A DNA stretch of 64,000 nucleotides from Deltaproteobacteria bacterium RIFCSPHIGHO2_02_FULL_44_16 (GTDB lineage: Bacteria > UBA10199 > 2-02-FULL-44-16), in the NCBI GenBank assembly GCA_001798185.1, contig MGRM01000004.1, positions 56,264 to 120,263 of the forward strand. The letters run 5' to 3'. Position 1 is the stretch's first letter; each line of letters starts with the position of its first letter. Position numbers and translations under genes: made by a program. The notes beneath the pieces were generated by a model. The model did not search any database and had not been told where the DNA came from. It saw only the letters and a program-made list of their open reading frames with translations. Positions 36,520-44,828 of this stretch are shown here, one piece after another.

Positions 36520-36972
36520 ATGTCCGACATCAGACTCGAACCTAGCGAAGGACTCTCCTTTGATCTTGCGATGGAGAAGAATGATCTTGCCTTGGATGAC
36601 ACCTTGAAAACGGCAGTGGTCATCAGTCTGTTCACGGATCGTCGTGTGAGCCTTGATGAATTACCTGAAGGCGACCGAGACCGTCGAGGCTGGTGGGCTG
36701 ATGCCCTGAATGAAGATGATGATCACATCGGCTCTAAACTTTGGACTTTGAAACGTGAGAAAATTACTCCAGAAATACTGGATCGTTTTAAACATTTCTG
36801 TGAAGAAGCCCTCCAATGGCTGATCAACGATCGCATTGCTGAGAGCGTCGTCGTGTTCGTCGAAAGATCAGGCCTGGCACAAATATCGATTGGAATAGAG
36901 ATCAAACGTCCCCAAAATGATCGCATAAAATATCGTTACAGTCTCATCTGGGGAAAGCATGGGATTCAATAG
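36520..36972 (+). CDS. GP46-family baseplate protein
   Basis: LKTAVVISLFTDRR...RRGWWAD signature. Confidence 0.7.
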   Translation: MSDIRLEPSEGLSFDLAMEKNDLALDDTLKTAVVISLFTDRRVSLDELPEGDRDRRGWWADALNEDDDHIGSKLWTLKREKITPEILDRFKHFCEEALQWLINDRIAESVVVFVERSGLAQISIGIEIKRPQNDRIKYRYSLIWGKHGIQ

Positions 36973-38011
36973 ACCAACGCTACAGGATATCAATGATCGG
37001 ATTCAAACCGATTTTCAAACAAGACTGTCCACGGCAGGTGCTTTTTTAAGACGCTCGGTTATTCTTGTTCTTGGACGTGTATTGGCCGGCGCTTCTCACT
37101 TACTTCACGGCCACTTGGATTTCATTTCAAATCAAGTCCTCCCGGATACTGCCGTAAAATCTTATCTCGAACGATGGGCTTCCATCTGGGGGATTCGGAA
37201 AAAACCCGCCACCTTTGCACGTGGAGGAATGACCCTTACCGGCACGAATGGCAGCCTCATCCCAGCGAGAACTCTTTTTGTTCGGAATGATGGCGCCGAA
37301 TATGAATCCCAAGCCGATGCAACGATTGCGAATGGGTCCGTCACTATCGCTATTCAGGCACTTCAACCCGGATCCAATGGCGAAGCAGCTTTTGGCGTGG
37401 AACTGACACTTCTTTCTCCGATTGCGGGAGTCAACTCTACGGGACTGGTGAATATGGGAGGTTTGAGTGGAGGAAATGATGAAGAAACCCCAGAAGAATT
37501 AAGAAATCGACTCCTGGAACGTATTCAACAACCGCCGCTCGGAGGCGCTGATCAGGATTACCGATTCTGGGCCAAAAGTGTTCCGGGTGTGACTCGTGTC
37601 TGGGTCTACGAAGAATATTTAGGACCAGGAACTGTGGGAATTACCTTCGTCAGAGATAATGACAATCCTATCATCCCTGATGCCACAGAAGTTCAGGAAG
37701 TTGCCGATTACATCGAAACGGTTCGTCCCGTGACAGCCCATGTCACCGTCTTTGCGCCCATTCCGGATCCCATCCATTTCACGATTTCGATATTTCCCGA
37801 TACCCCGGAAATTCGAAGGGATGTCACTGCAGAATTGGCGGACATGATTTACCGAGAAGCACAGCCGGGAGGCACCGTCATTTTAAGTCACATGAACGAA
37901 GCCATCTCCATTGCCAAAGGAGAAGTGGATCATACGTTACATTTTCCCGTCGCTGACGTTGTAAGTTCCATCGGCCATCTTCCACAAATGGGGACCATCA
38001 CATGGGTTTAG
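36959..38011 (+). CDS. Baseplate J-like protein (Mu gp47)
   Basis: 350 aa in canonical order. EELRNRLLERIQQPPLGG and YRFWAKSVPGVTRV segments. Confidence 0.75.
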   Translation: MGFNRPTLQDINDRIQTDFQTRLSTAGAFLRRSVILVLGRVLAGASHLLHGHLDFISNQVLPDTAVKSYLERWASIWGIRKKPATFARGGMTLTGTNGSLIPARTLFVRNDGAEYESQADATIANGSVTIAIQALQPGSNGEAAFGVELTLLSPIAGVNSTGLVNMGGLSGGNDEETPEELRNRLLERIQQPPLGGADQDYRFWAKSVPGVTRVWVYEEYLGPGTVGITFVRDNDNPIIPDATEVQEVADYIETVRPVTAHVTVFAPIPDPIHFTISIFPDTPEIRRDVTAELADMIYREAQPGGTVILSHMNEAISIAKGEVDHTLHFPVADVVSSIGHLPQMGTITWV

Positions 38012-38586
38012 AGCTTCAAGATTATCGAAATGAACTGGTTCACCTTCTCCCAAAAGGATTGGCTTGGGATTTTGGTAAAGACGCCGTTTTCGATAAACTG
38101 CTCACGGCCATTGCCAATGAGTTTTTGCGAATTGGGAATCGTTCTCAAGACCTTTTGAATGAAGCCGATCCGCGCACAACTTACGAAATGCTGGAAGATT
38201 GGGAAAGAATGGCAGGACTTCCGGATCAATGCACTGGGCTCGCAAGCACACTTCAAGAAAGACGCGATCGGCTCGTCTCAAAACTTGTTCAACGGGGAAA
38301 CCAGAGCCTCCAGTTCTTCAGGAATCTGGGCCTGCTCTTAGGCTATAACCTCCAAATCGAGGAATATGATCAGTTTCATGTTGGAGATCCCGTGGGAGGC
38401 CCGCTGTACGGGGTAGAATGGATGCATGCCTTTGGCATGATTGCTCCGCTGCAGACGATCAGACCCTTTCGCGTGAACAGCCATACGGTGGGCGAAAGAT
38501 TGGTGGAATTCGGAGACGATGTTTTGGAATGCGTGATCAACAAAGCAAAGCCATCCCATTCAGTGGCGCTGTTTCTTTATCACTGA
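38002..38586 (+). CDS. YmfQ/DUF2313 tail protein (Mu gp48-like)
   Basis: LLPKGLAWD, LLNEADPRTT and LEDWERMAGLP motifs. Confidence 0.7.
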   Translation: MGLELQDYRNELVHLLPKGLAWDFGKDAVFDKLLTAIANEFLRIGNRSQDLLNEADPRTTYEMLEDWERMAGLPDQCTGLASTLQERRDRLVSKLVQRGNQSLQFFRNLGLLLGYNLQIEEYDQFHVGDPVGGPLYGVEWMHAFGMIAPLQTIRPFRVNSHTVGERLVEFGDDVLECVINKAKPSHSVALFLYH

Positions 38587-38595
38587 GGAGAACAA

Positions 38596-39657
38596 ATGTT
38601 TCGGATTGATTCACAAGGAGCTGTTCCTTCTCTTCCTGGACCCGAGCCGGCTGGCTCAACAGCAGGCTATTTTTTCAAGGGAAATCCGGCCGTCGGTCAG
38701 AAGGCGACGGTTGTCTCTGCGGATTGGGCCAATGCCATCCAGGAAGAGATTTGCTATCTGATTGAGCAGGCAGGCCTCCAACTCAACCAGCAAACAAAAA
38801 TCGATCATACGCAATTACGACAAGCGGTTGCGGCAATGATCGGAGCCATAACTCCGGCGTTTCATACGCATGACACCGGCGATATTGTCAGTGGTACGTT
38901 TGCGGATGCACGCATTGCTGCCTCGAACATTCTTCAATATCAAGCGCTCCTCATGTTGGATGCGTTGCAAATTGTCTCAGGGCAATTTGCCGATGCACGG
39001 GTTTCGCAAAGCAGTGTGATTCAACATCAGGGAGCCATTGATCACCATCAGATCGGCAACCGTGGAAGCTATACGCATCCGCAAATCGATGTCCATATCA
39101 ATGATCGCAGCAACCCTCACGGAGTCACCCTTGGTCAAATTGGAGGAACAACCGACCACGGCTCGCTGGGAGGGTTAGGAGACGACGATCATCCTCAATA
39201 TGTCCATCTCAATAAATCCGGACAAATGTTACGGCAGAATCTGACGGTGGCACCTGGCATCAGAATCGACAACGTAGATCTCAGTATCCACACGCATCCT
39301 CTTTCGCTGAATAGCAGCACCATTCATAACGGCAGGCAAACGCGCAACATTTCCATTACCGATGTGAGAACGATTGGTGGTTTTACCTCATCCGATCACG
39401 CTACCTGTGCCATCGTCATGATTGACATGACCCAAGGAGGTGGCGGCTTTGATGGTGATAATCGTGCCTTCATCGGCGGCACGTCAGATGTTTCTTTTGG
39501 TGGAAGGCCGTTTCGCTCCCCAGGCCAGCCACGTTTCAACAACGGTACGAATAATTGGGAGTTCAAGATTGAGCAGTCCGCGGGAAATGAAGATGTGGTC
39601 TGTGGTTACCAATATGCCGTCATGGAATGCACTGATAACACAGGAGGACCGAACTAA
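38596..39657 (+). CDS. Tail fibre protein
   Basis: N-terminus (GYFFKGNPAVGQKATVVSADWANAIQEE) typical of fibre shoulders. Repeated FADARI/V segments. Position after the baseplate genes. Confidence 0.65.
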   Translation: MFRIDSQGAVPSLPGPEPAGSTAGYFFKGNPAVGQKATVVSADWANAIQEEICYLIEQAGLQLNQQTKIDHTQLRQAVAAMIGAITPAFHTHDTGDIVSGTFADARIAASNILQYQALLMLDALQIVSGQFADARVSQSSVIQHQGAIDHHQIGNRGSYTHPQIDVHINDRSNPHGVTLGQIGGTTDHGSLGGLGDDDHPQYVHLNKSGQMLRQNLTVAPGIRIDNVDLSIHTHPLSLNSSTIHNGRQTRNISITDVRTIGGFTSSDHATCAIVMIDMTQGGGGFDGDNRAFIGGTSDVSFGGRPFRSPGQPRFNNGTNNWEFKIEQSAGNEDVVCGYQYAVMECTDNTGGPN

Positions 39658-40319
39658 TGGCAAAGTACATCTATTTTTATGACAAGGTCACCCAACACAT
39701 CATCGGGATGAATTCACACGCGGAAAAAGATCCCAAGAGTTCAGGAGGTATGAAAGAGGCTGATGCGGATATCACCTCTGTGTGGGAGGATATTCGTACA
39801 GGCAGGATGTGGCCGTTTCTTTTGGAAAAAATCACCGACAAAAATCCAGATAATTTTGGATTTATTCAGGCTGATGAAACACCCAAGGCTTACAATGAAT
39901 ATGAACCCCACCATCTGTCTGGATCTTTGTATCTCAAACGCCGCCCTTATCTCTGTCTCAAAATGAAGCCGAGTCCTAAGATCATGAAGGAAATCGAGCA
40001 TGACGACTCCTGCTTCTACGAGGTCAACACCGATGGAGGCGTGATATTGGATATGGAAGTCTGCGTGAAGCATACACATCAGCATGTTGAAAAGCATGCT
40101 GAAGACAAAAATATAAAAGGAATCAATGGCAGCCTTCTTGCCGAAGTCACTTTAGGACGCATGAATCCTCGCGATGGGAACATCGAAATGAAAAACAGCA
40201 AAGCACAGTTCCAATGGATCCTCCCAGACATCACCAGCAAAGAACCGGCCCGGTGTTATGTGAAAGATCCTCAGGGGAAAATCCTCATCTCCAAAAGTCT
40301 TCGTGTGAAGTGTTGTTAA
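39657..40319 (+). CDS. Hypothetical protein (possible fibre assembly/accessory)
   Basis: ATGA-type overlap with the fibre gene stop. No motif recognised. Confidence 0.4.
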   Translation: MAKYIYFYDKVTQHIIGMNSHAEKDPKSSGGMKEADADITSVWEDIRTGRMWPFLLEKITDKNPDNFGFIQADETPKAYNEYEPHHLSGSLYLKRRPYLCLKMKPSPKIMKEIEHDDSCFYEVNTDGGVILDMEVCVKHTHQHVEKHAEDKNIKGINGSLLAEVTLGRMNPRDGNIEMKNSKAQFQWILPDITSKEPARCYVKDPQGKILISKSLRVKCC

Positions 40320-40320
40320 T

Positions 40321-40500
40321 ATGAAAAGCAGCGATTGGAAATTCTGGTTTGCGATTATAGGTGCGCTGCTCACCGCCTCCGGGATGTTTTGGAATCTTAA
40401 GGTGGATCTCACACGCACCCAAGTGGAAGTGGAGCACATCAAGCAGGATGTGGCTTACATAAAAAACCTCATGGAGAGACGCTACGCTTTTGAAAATTAA
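40321..40500 (+). CDS. Small single-TM protein (holin-like candidate); below the 60-aa ORF-track cutoff
   Basis: ATG 40321 lies 1 nt after the previous stop. 59 aa: MKSSDWKFWFAIIGALLTASGMFWNLK..., with TAA at 40498-40500. Confidence 0.4.
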   Translation: MKSSDWKFWFAIIGALLTASGMFWNLKVDLTRTQVEVEHIKQDVAYIKNLMERRYAFEN

Positions 40501-40514
40501 CGAAAGGAATATTC

Positions 40515-40715
40515 ATGGATCAAAGCATGCTGGAGCGCTGCACCAATTACTTCGTGCACGGCGGACCTACCGAATGGATTGGGGGTGGGCTGACAGTTGC
40601 TTTCTTGCTTCTAACCACCTTCACCAAAATAAATATCCCCGGCCTTCTTTGGGCTATTGCGCGTCAAATCATGGGACTAAAATCGCAAAGGAACGGTCGT
40701 TTGCGCAGGTTATAA
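40515..40715 (+). CDS. Small membrane protein
   Basis: 66 aa with a hydrophobic core GGGLTVAFLLLTTF. Its 3' end is duplicated at 42121-42161. Confidence 0.35.
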   Translation: MDQSMLERCTNYFVHGGPTEWIGGGLTVAFLLLTTFTKINIPGLLWAIARQIMGLKSQRNGRLRRL

Positions 40716-40779
40716 GAGAAGTGGATTTCTGCATGTTTTCAAGCTAGGCTGGCCACCCCGTTAAATTAAAAGGATACGC

Positions 40780-41523
40780 ATGGCCCTAGCAAAGCGGAAA
40801 CGAAACATTTTTGATCCAAAATCCAAAGAGCCCTATAAACTCAGTCGTTCTCGTTTGGAGAATTTCTTACGCTGCCCGCGCTGTTTCTATCTCGATCGTC
40901 GTTTAGGAATAGACAAGCCCTCCTCACCACCGTTCAATCTCAATATTGCCGTGGATGCTCTTTTGAAAAAAGAATTTGATGTTTACCGCACCAATGGGGA
41001 ACCACATCCTTTGATGAAACAAAACGGTGTGGATGCCGTTCCATTCCAGCACAAGGATCTCGATATCTGGCGCGAGAATTTCAAGGGCCTCGGACACCAC
41101 CATAAGCCGACCAATTTCATTATCACCGGAGCCATCGACGATCTCTGGGTCAATCCCGCCGGTCAATTGATCGTCGTCGATTACAAGGCTACCAGCAAGG
41201 ATGGCGAAATCAGTCTCGATGACGAATGGAAAGACGGTTACAAGCGGCAAATGGAGATCTATCAGTGGATTCTTCGGGGAATGGGATACGACGTGCTGGA
41301 CACGGGATATTTCGTTTACGCGAATGGTCGAAAAGATTTGGATGGGTTTAACGCCACGCTTTGTTTTCATATCCAGTTGATCAGCTATAAAGGGAATTGC
41401 CAATGGGTGGAGAAGGCGGTGCAGGATGCGTGGGCGTGTCTTTCATCCGACATGATGCCGTCGTGTCAGGATGAATGCGAGTTTTGTACCTATCGGAAAC
41501 TGATGCGCGATGTCGAAAATTAG
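40780..41523 (+). CDS. Cas4/RecB-like PD-(D/E)XK nuclease with Cys cluster
   Basis: CPRC near the N-terminus, GAIDDL...VVDYKAT (D...DxK), QMEIYQW (QxxxY), and C-terminal C..C..C (SCQDECEFC). Confidence 0.65.
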   Translation: MALAKRKRNIFDPKSKEPYKLSRSRLENFLRCPRCFYLDRRLGIDKPSSPPFNLNIAVDALLKKEFDVYRTNGEPHPLMKQNGVDAVPFQHKDLDIWRENFKGLGHHHKPTNFIITGAIDDLWVNPAGQLIVVDYKATSKDGEISLDDEWKDGYKRQMEIYQWILRGMGYDVLDTGYFVYANGRKDLDGFNATLCFHIQLISYKGNCQWVEKAVQDAWACLSSDMMPSCQDECEFCTYRKLMRDVEN

Positions 41524-42031
41524 ATTTCTCATTCTGGCAATTGCTTCTCTCTGGTGCCTCAGTCTTCATGCCGAAGACGGAAAACCTTCATTCGTTTACA
41601 AAGCGGTATCGGTGCTGGATGGCGATACTTTCATCGGGACCGAGGGCAACGTGACATTCCGCGTTCGGATCGCCGCTATGGACGCTCCCGAAAAAGGCCA
41701 GCCGTATTCCAAAATGGCCACCTCCCGTTTGAAACAGATCCTCATGTCCGGAAGCGTGATCATTAAGCCCGTAGGCAAAGGCTATGACCGATACGGGAGA
41801 GTTTTGGGAGCGGTTTTCGTCGGGAAAGAGGATGTCGCACTCACGATGATTCAGGAAGGCTTGGCAACTTACTATAGACCGTTTTGTCGGGATTATCCGG
41901 AAAACAAAAACAAATACAATTACGATCCCACAATTTACCTGAAGGTGGAAAAACAATCCCGAGAGATCGGACAGAATATCTGGTCGCTTCCTGATATGGA
42001 ATTGCCGTGCAAATTTAGGCACAAAAAATGA
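41510..42031 (+). CDS. Secreted staphylococcal-nuclease (SNase/thermonuclease) homologue
   Basis: Signal peptide MSKIRFLILAIASLWCLSLHA. DGDTF..RVRIAAMDAPE and YDRYGRVLG motifs. Overlaps the upstream gene by 14 nt. Confidence 0.7.
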   Translation: MSKIRFLILAIASLWCLSLHAEDGKPSFVYKAVSVLDGDTFIGTEGNVTFRVRIAAMDAPEKGQPYSKMATSRLKQILMSGSVIIKPVGKGYDRYGRVLGAVFVGKEDVALTMIQEGLATYYRPFCRDYPENKNKYNYDPTIYLKVEKQSREIGQNIWSLPDMELPCKFRHKK

Positions 42032-42203
42032 CTAATTTTTTATTTTTTCTATCTAGTGGCCACGGTTCTCCAGACTCTAAAGCAGTATGACGTGGTTCAC
42101 CAGCTGGCTTTCCTATTGTTTGGGCTATCGTCCGTCAAATCATAGAACTAAAGTCGCAAAAAAATCGCCAAATTTCTCGATGATCTTAAAACTTTTACCT
42201 TTC

Positions 42204-42243
42204 TTGACATTAACCACATTAAATAATACGCTAATATGCGTAT
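42204..42243 (+). promoter_or_regulatory. Promoter plus palindromic operator of the XRE/ImmA pair
   Basis: TTGACA (42204-42209), 17 nt, then TACGCT. ATACGC-taatat-GCGTAT inverted repeat at 42226-42243. Confidence 0.5.
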
Positions 42244-42258
42244 CTAGGAGGAGCCAAC

Positions 42259-42570
42259 ATGTCTTTTGGAAAAGTTATTGCAGAAGCTAGAAAGAAAAAA
42301 ATGCTAAGCCAAAAGGAGTTGGCCTTAAAAATCACCAAGGCTGAAGATGGCAAACCCATATCTGCTCAGTATCTTAACGATATTGAGCATGAGCGACGTA
42401 ACCCTGATTCAGATCATCTGATTGAACAATTTGCTAGAGTTCTCAATATAGATGCGGATGTTCTCTATTTCCATGCAAGAAAAATTCCACACGACATGCT
42501 CAAGACAATAGCATCTGAAAAAGATGTAAAAGCCGCATTTCAAGCTTTCAGAAAAAAAATCAAAGGATAA
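42259..42570 (+). CDS. capH: XRE-family HTH regulator (CapH-like)
   Basis: KKMLSQKELALKI...SAQYLNDIEHERRNP HTH_3 pattern. Paired with an ImmA/IrrE peptidase upstream of a CBASS operon. Confidence 0.55.
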   Translation: MSFGKVIAEARKKKMLSQKELALKITKAEDGKPISAQYLNDIEHERRNPDSDHLIEQFARVLNIDADVLYFHARKIPHDMLKTIASEKDVKAAFQAFRKKIKG

Positions 42571-42573
42571 TGA

Positions 42574-43290
42574 ATGGTGCGATATATCAAGGATAAGACA
42601 GGGCGCTTTGATACAAGACCCTATTATGAACCAGAAGAGCTCGATTCGGAATGCGAAAAAATTATTACCGATCTGATGACCGCAAAATTTGGTGGAATGA
42701 AGTTGCCTATCCCTACTGATGCTCTGACAGTGCTTATTGAACAAGATGTAGAAAACTTGGATATTTATGCAGACTTATCTTCTCTTGGAGATTCAGTAGA
42801 AGGGGTAACTGACTTCTTTTCTGGTAAAAAACCCAAGGTTCGAATCAGTGATAGTCTTTCTGGGGCTAGCAATCTTGAAAACAGATTCAGGACCACCCTT
42901 ACACATGAATACGGCCATGTAAAATTTCACAATTATCTATTCAGTATGGAAAAATCATTTAGTCTTTTCCCCGATGCCAATGAACAAAAAACTCACCATT
43001 GTAAACGCGATACAATTGTTAATGCCAGCCGTGCAGACTGGATGGAGTGGCAAGCTGGATATGTTTGCGGGTCTATTTTGATGCCTCATACGCGAATCAA
43101 GAATGCAGTCATTGATTTTAGAAGCCAACGCTCATCATCTTTGGATCTTGCTCTGGGGGAAACTAACACGCATACTCTCATCAACCAAATTGCCAGCACC
43201 TTTAGAGTTTCAGAGGAAGCAGCTAAGATTCGCCTGCTGAAACTCACCTATATCACTGATCAGAAAGATTCAGTTCCCCTGCTTAAATAA
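42574..43290 (+). CDS. capP: ImmA/IrrE-family Zn metallopeptidase (CapP-like)
   Basis: HEYGHVKFH (HExxH) and the DUF955-type layout, 4 nt after the XRE gene. Confidence 0.6.
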   Translation: MVRYIKDKTGRFDTRPYYEPEELDSECEKIITDLMTAKFGGMKLPIPTDALTVLIEQDVENLDIYADLSSLGDSVEGVTDFFSGKKPKVRISDSLSGASNLENRFRTTLTHEYGHVKFHNYLFSMEKSFSLFPDANEQKTHHCKRDTIVNASRADWMEWQAGYVCGSILMPHTRIKNAVIDFRSQRSSSLDLALGETNTHTLINQIASTFRVSEEAAKIRLLKLTYITDQKDSVPLLK

Positions 43291-43293
43291 TTC

Positions 43294-43333
43294 TTGACAC
43301 TCGGCCTCCCCTTTAATACGCTAATAAGCATAT
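43294..43333 (+). promoter_or_regulatory. Second copy of the same promoter/operator
   Basis: ttcTTGACA, 17 nt, TACGCT. taatacgctaata is shared with 42223-42235. Half-degenerate palindrome ATACGC-taataa-GCATAT. Confidence 0.45.
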
Positions 43334-43377
43334 CAGCGGATATGTTATTCGCTTGCAACGCTAGACGGGAGTACAAA

Positions 43378-43584
43378 ATGTCAAAAAAACCACAAAACCA
43401 CGGGAAGGGATGGGCTCCAAAACAGGAGCAACAATTGAAGCAACTCGCAAGGCAAAATACCCCAACGCGGGTCATCGGACTTAAACTTGGACGGACGCCG
43501 GAATCAATTTACGCAAAGGCCAGTGAGAAGGATATTTCGCTGAAACCAACAAACCAGTCACCTTACAATCGCCGAAAAAAATAA
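43378..43584 (+). CDS. Small basic HTH-like protein
   Basis: 68 aa: GWAPKQEQQLKQLARQNTPTRVIGLKLGRTPESIYAKA (Myb/SANT-like spacing). GGGAG SD upstream. Confidence 0.45.
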   Translation: MSKKPQNHGKGWAPKQEQQLKQLARQNTPTRVIGLKLGRTPESIYAKASEKDISLKPTNQSPYNRRKK

Positions 43585-43848
43585 CGGCCAGTTTAGTTCG
43601 ATATGGCGCTAAAATTTGGTGAGGTTTAGTTGTCGTGAAACACGGGTGGTGGATTTTTATATGGCTTTCAGTTAGTTCATCCATCAGAAGGGAAGTATAA
43701 AGTGCTTGTAAGACTGACACGAAATATTTTTGATCCAAAGTTCAAGATCCTGACTCATTCAAGGGCACCCCTTCAGTGTCGCCAATGGCTCCAAACTAAT
43801 AAGAAAGAAAGATTTCTCTCAACTGTCGCTTACACTTGAAGGACACAC

Positions 43849-44796
43849 ATGAGCTCAGAACTACCAACCTCGATGCCTACTCCTTCTTGTCGAATCCTTT
43901 CACTAGATGGGGGAGGAGCCAAGGGATTCTACACCTTAGGAGTGTTGAAAGAAATCGAGGCGATGGTCGGTCGACCACTTTGTGAGAGTTTTGATCTCAT
44001 CTTCGGTACGAGCACAGGAGCCATCATCGCTGCGCTTTTAGCATTGGGTCATAAAGTAGATGATATTCACACTCTCTATAAAGAACACGTGCCGGCCATA
44101 ATGCGTCGTCGCACTCCGCGAGGAAGGTCCAAAGCCTTATCTCATCTCGCAAAAATAGTTTTTGGTAATCGCAGCTTTGCCGACGTCAAAACCGGTGTGG
44201 GAATCGTGGCAACACGATGGGCATTTGAAAAACCGATGATTTTCAAAGCCAGCGTGGCACAAGCTCATGGTCGGCATAGCACTTTCGTCCCGGGCTTTGG
44301 TTGTACGATTGCGGATGCAGTGAGGGCTTCCTGTTCGGCATATCCATTTTTTAAGAGACCAATTATCACAACTAGCAAAGGAGAAGAGATTGAATTGATC
44401 GATGGCGGTTATTGCGCGAACAATCCAACCCTTTATGCCATTGCCGATGCAGTTATTGCGCTCGAAAAGCCTCGTTCCGATCTGCGCGTTGTCAGCATTG
44501 GTGTAGGAGTATATCCGGAGCCAAAGCGCTGGGGTTTGTCTTGGCTGATCAAACGCTTCGTAAGCGTGCAACTTCTCCAAAAAACCCTAAACGTTAATAC
44601 ATTCTCAATGGAACAATTGCGGACGATTCTCTTCAAAGATATTCGGACCGTTCGCATTAACGATACGTTCGAGCGTCCTGAGATGGCGACTGATCTGATG
44701 GAATCTGATCTTAGAAAACTGGGCATGCTTTACCAGCGTGGCAGCGAGTCGTTTGCGAAACACGAAGCGGAACTGAAGGAAATGTTGGTGCAATAG
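43849..44796 (+). CDS. capV: Patatin-like phospholipase (CBASS CapV-like effector)
   Basis: LSLDGGGAKG oxyanion box, GTSTGA nucleophile elbow, and DGGYCANNP catalytic Asp motif. Confidence 0.75.
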   Translation: MSSELPTSMPTPSCRILSLDGGGAKGFYTLGVLKEIEAMVGRPLCESFDLIFGTSTGAIIAALLALGHKVDDIHTLYKEHVPAIMRRRTPRGRSKALSHLAKIVFGNRSFADVKTGVGIVATRWAFEKPMIFKASVAQAHGRHSTFVPGFGCTIADAVRASCSAYPFFKRPIITTSKGEEIELIDGGYCANNPTLYAIADAVIALEKPRSDLRVVSIGVGVYPEPKRWGLSWLIKRFVSVQLLQKTLNVNTFSMEQLRTILFKDIRTVRINDTFERPEMATDLMESDLRKLGMLYQRGSESFAKHEAELKEMLVQ

Positions 44797-44828
44797 GAAT
44801 GTAGGAATTTAACTCCGGAGATAATTGA

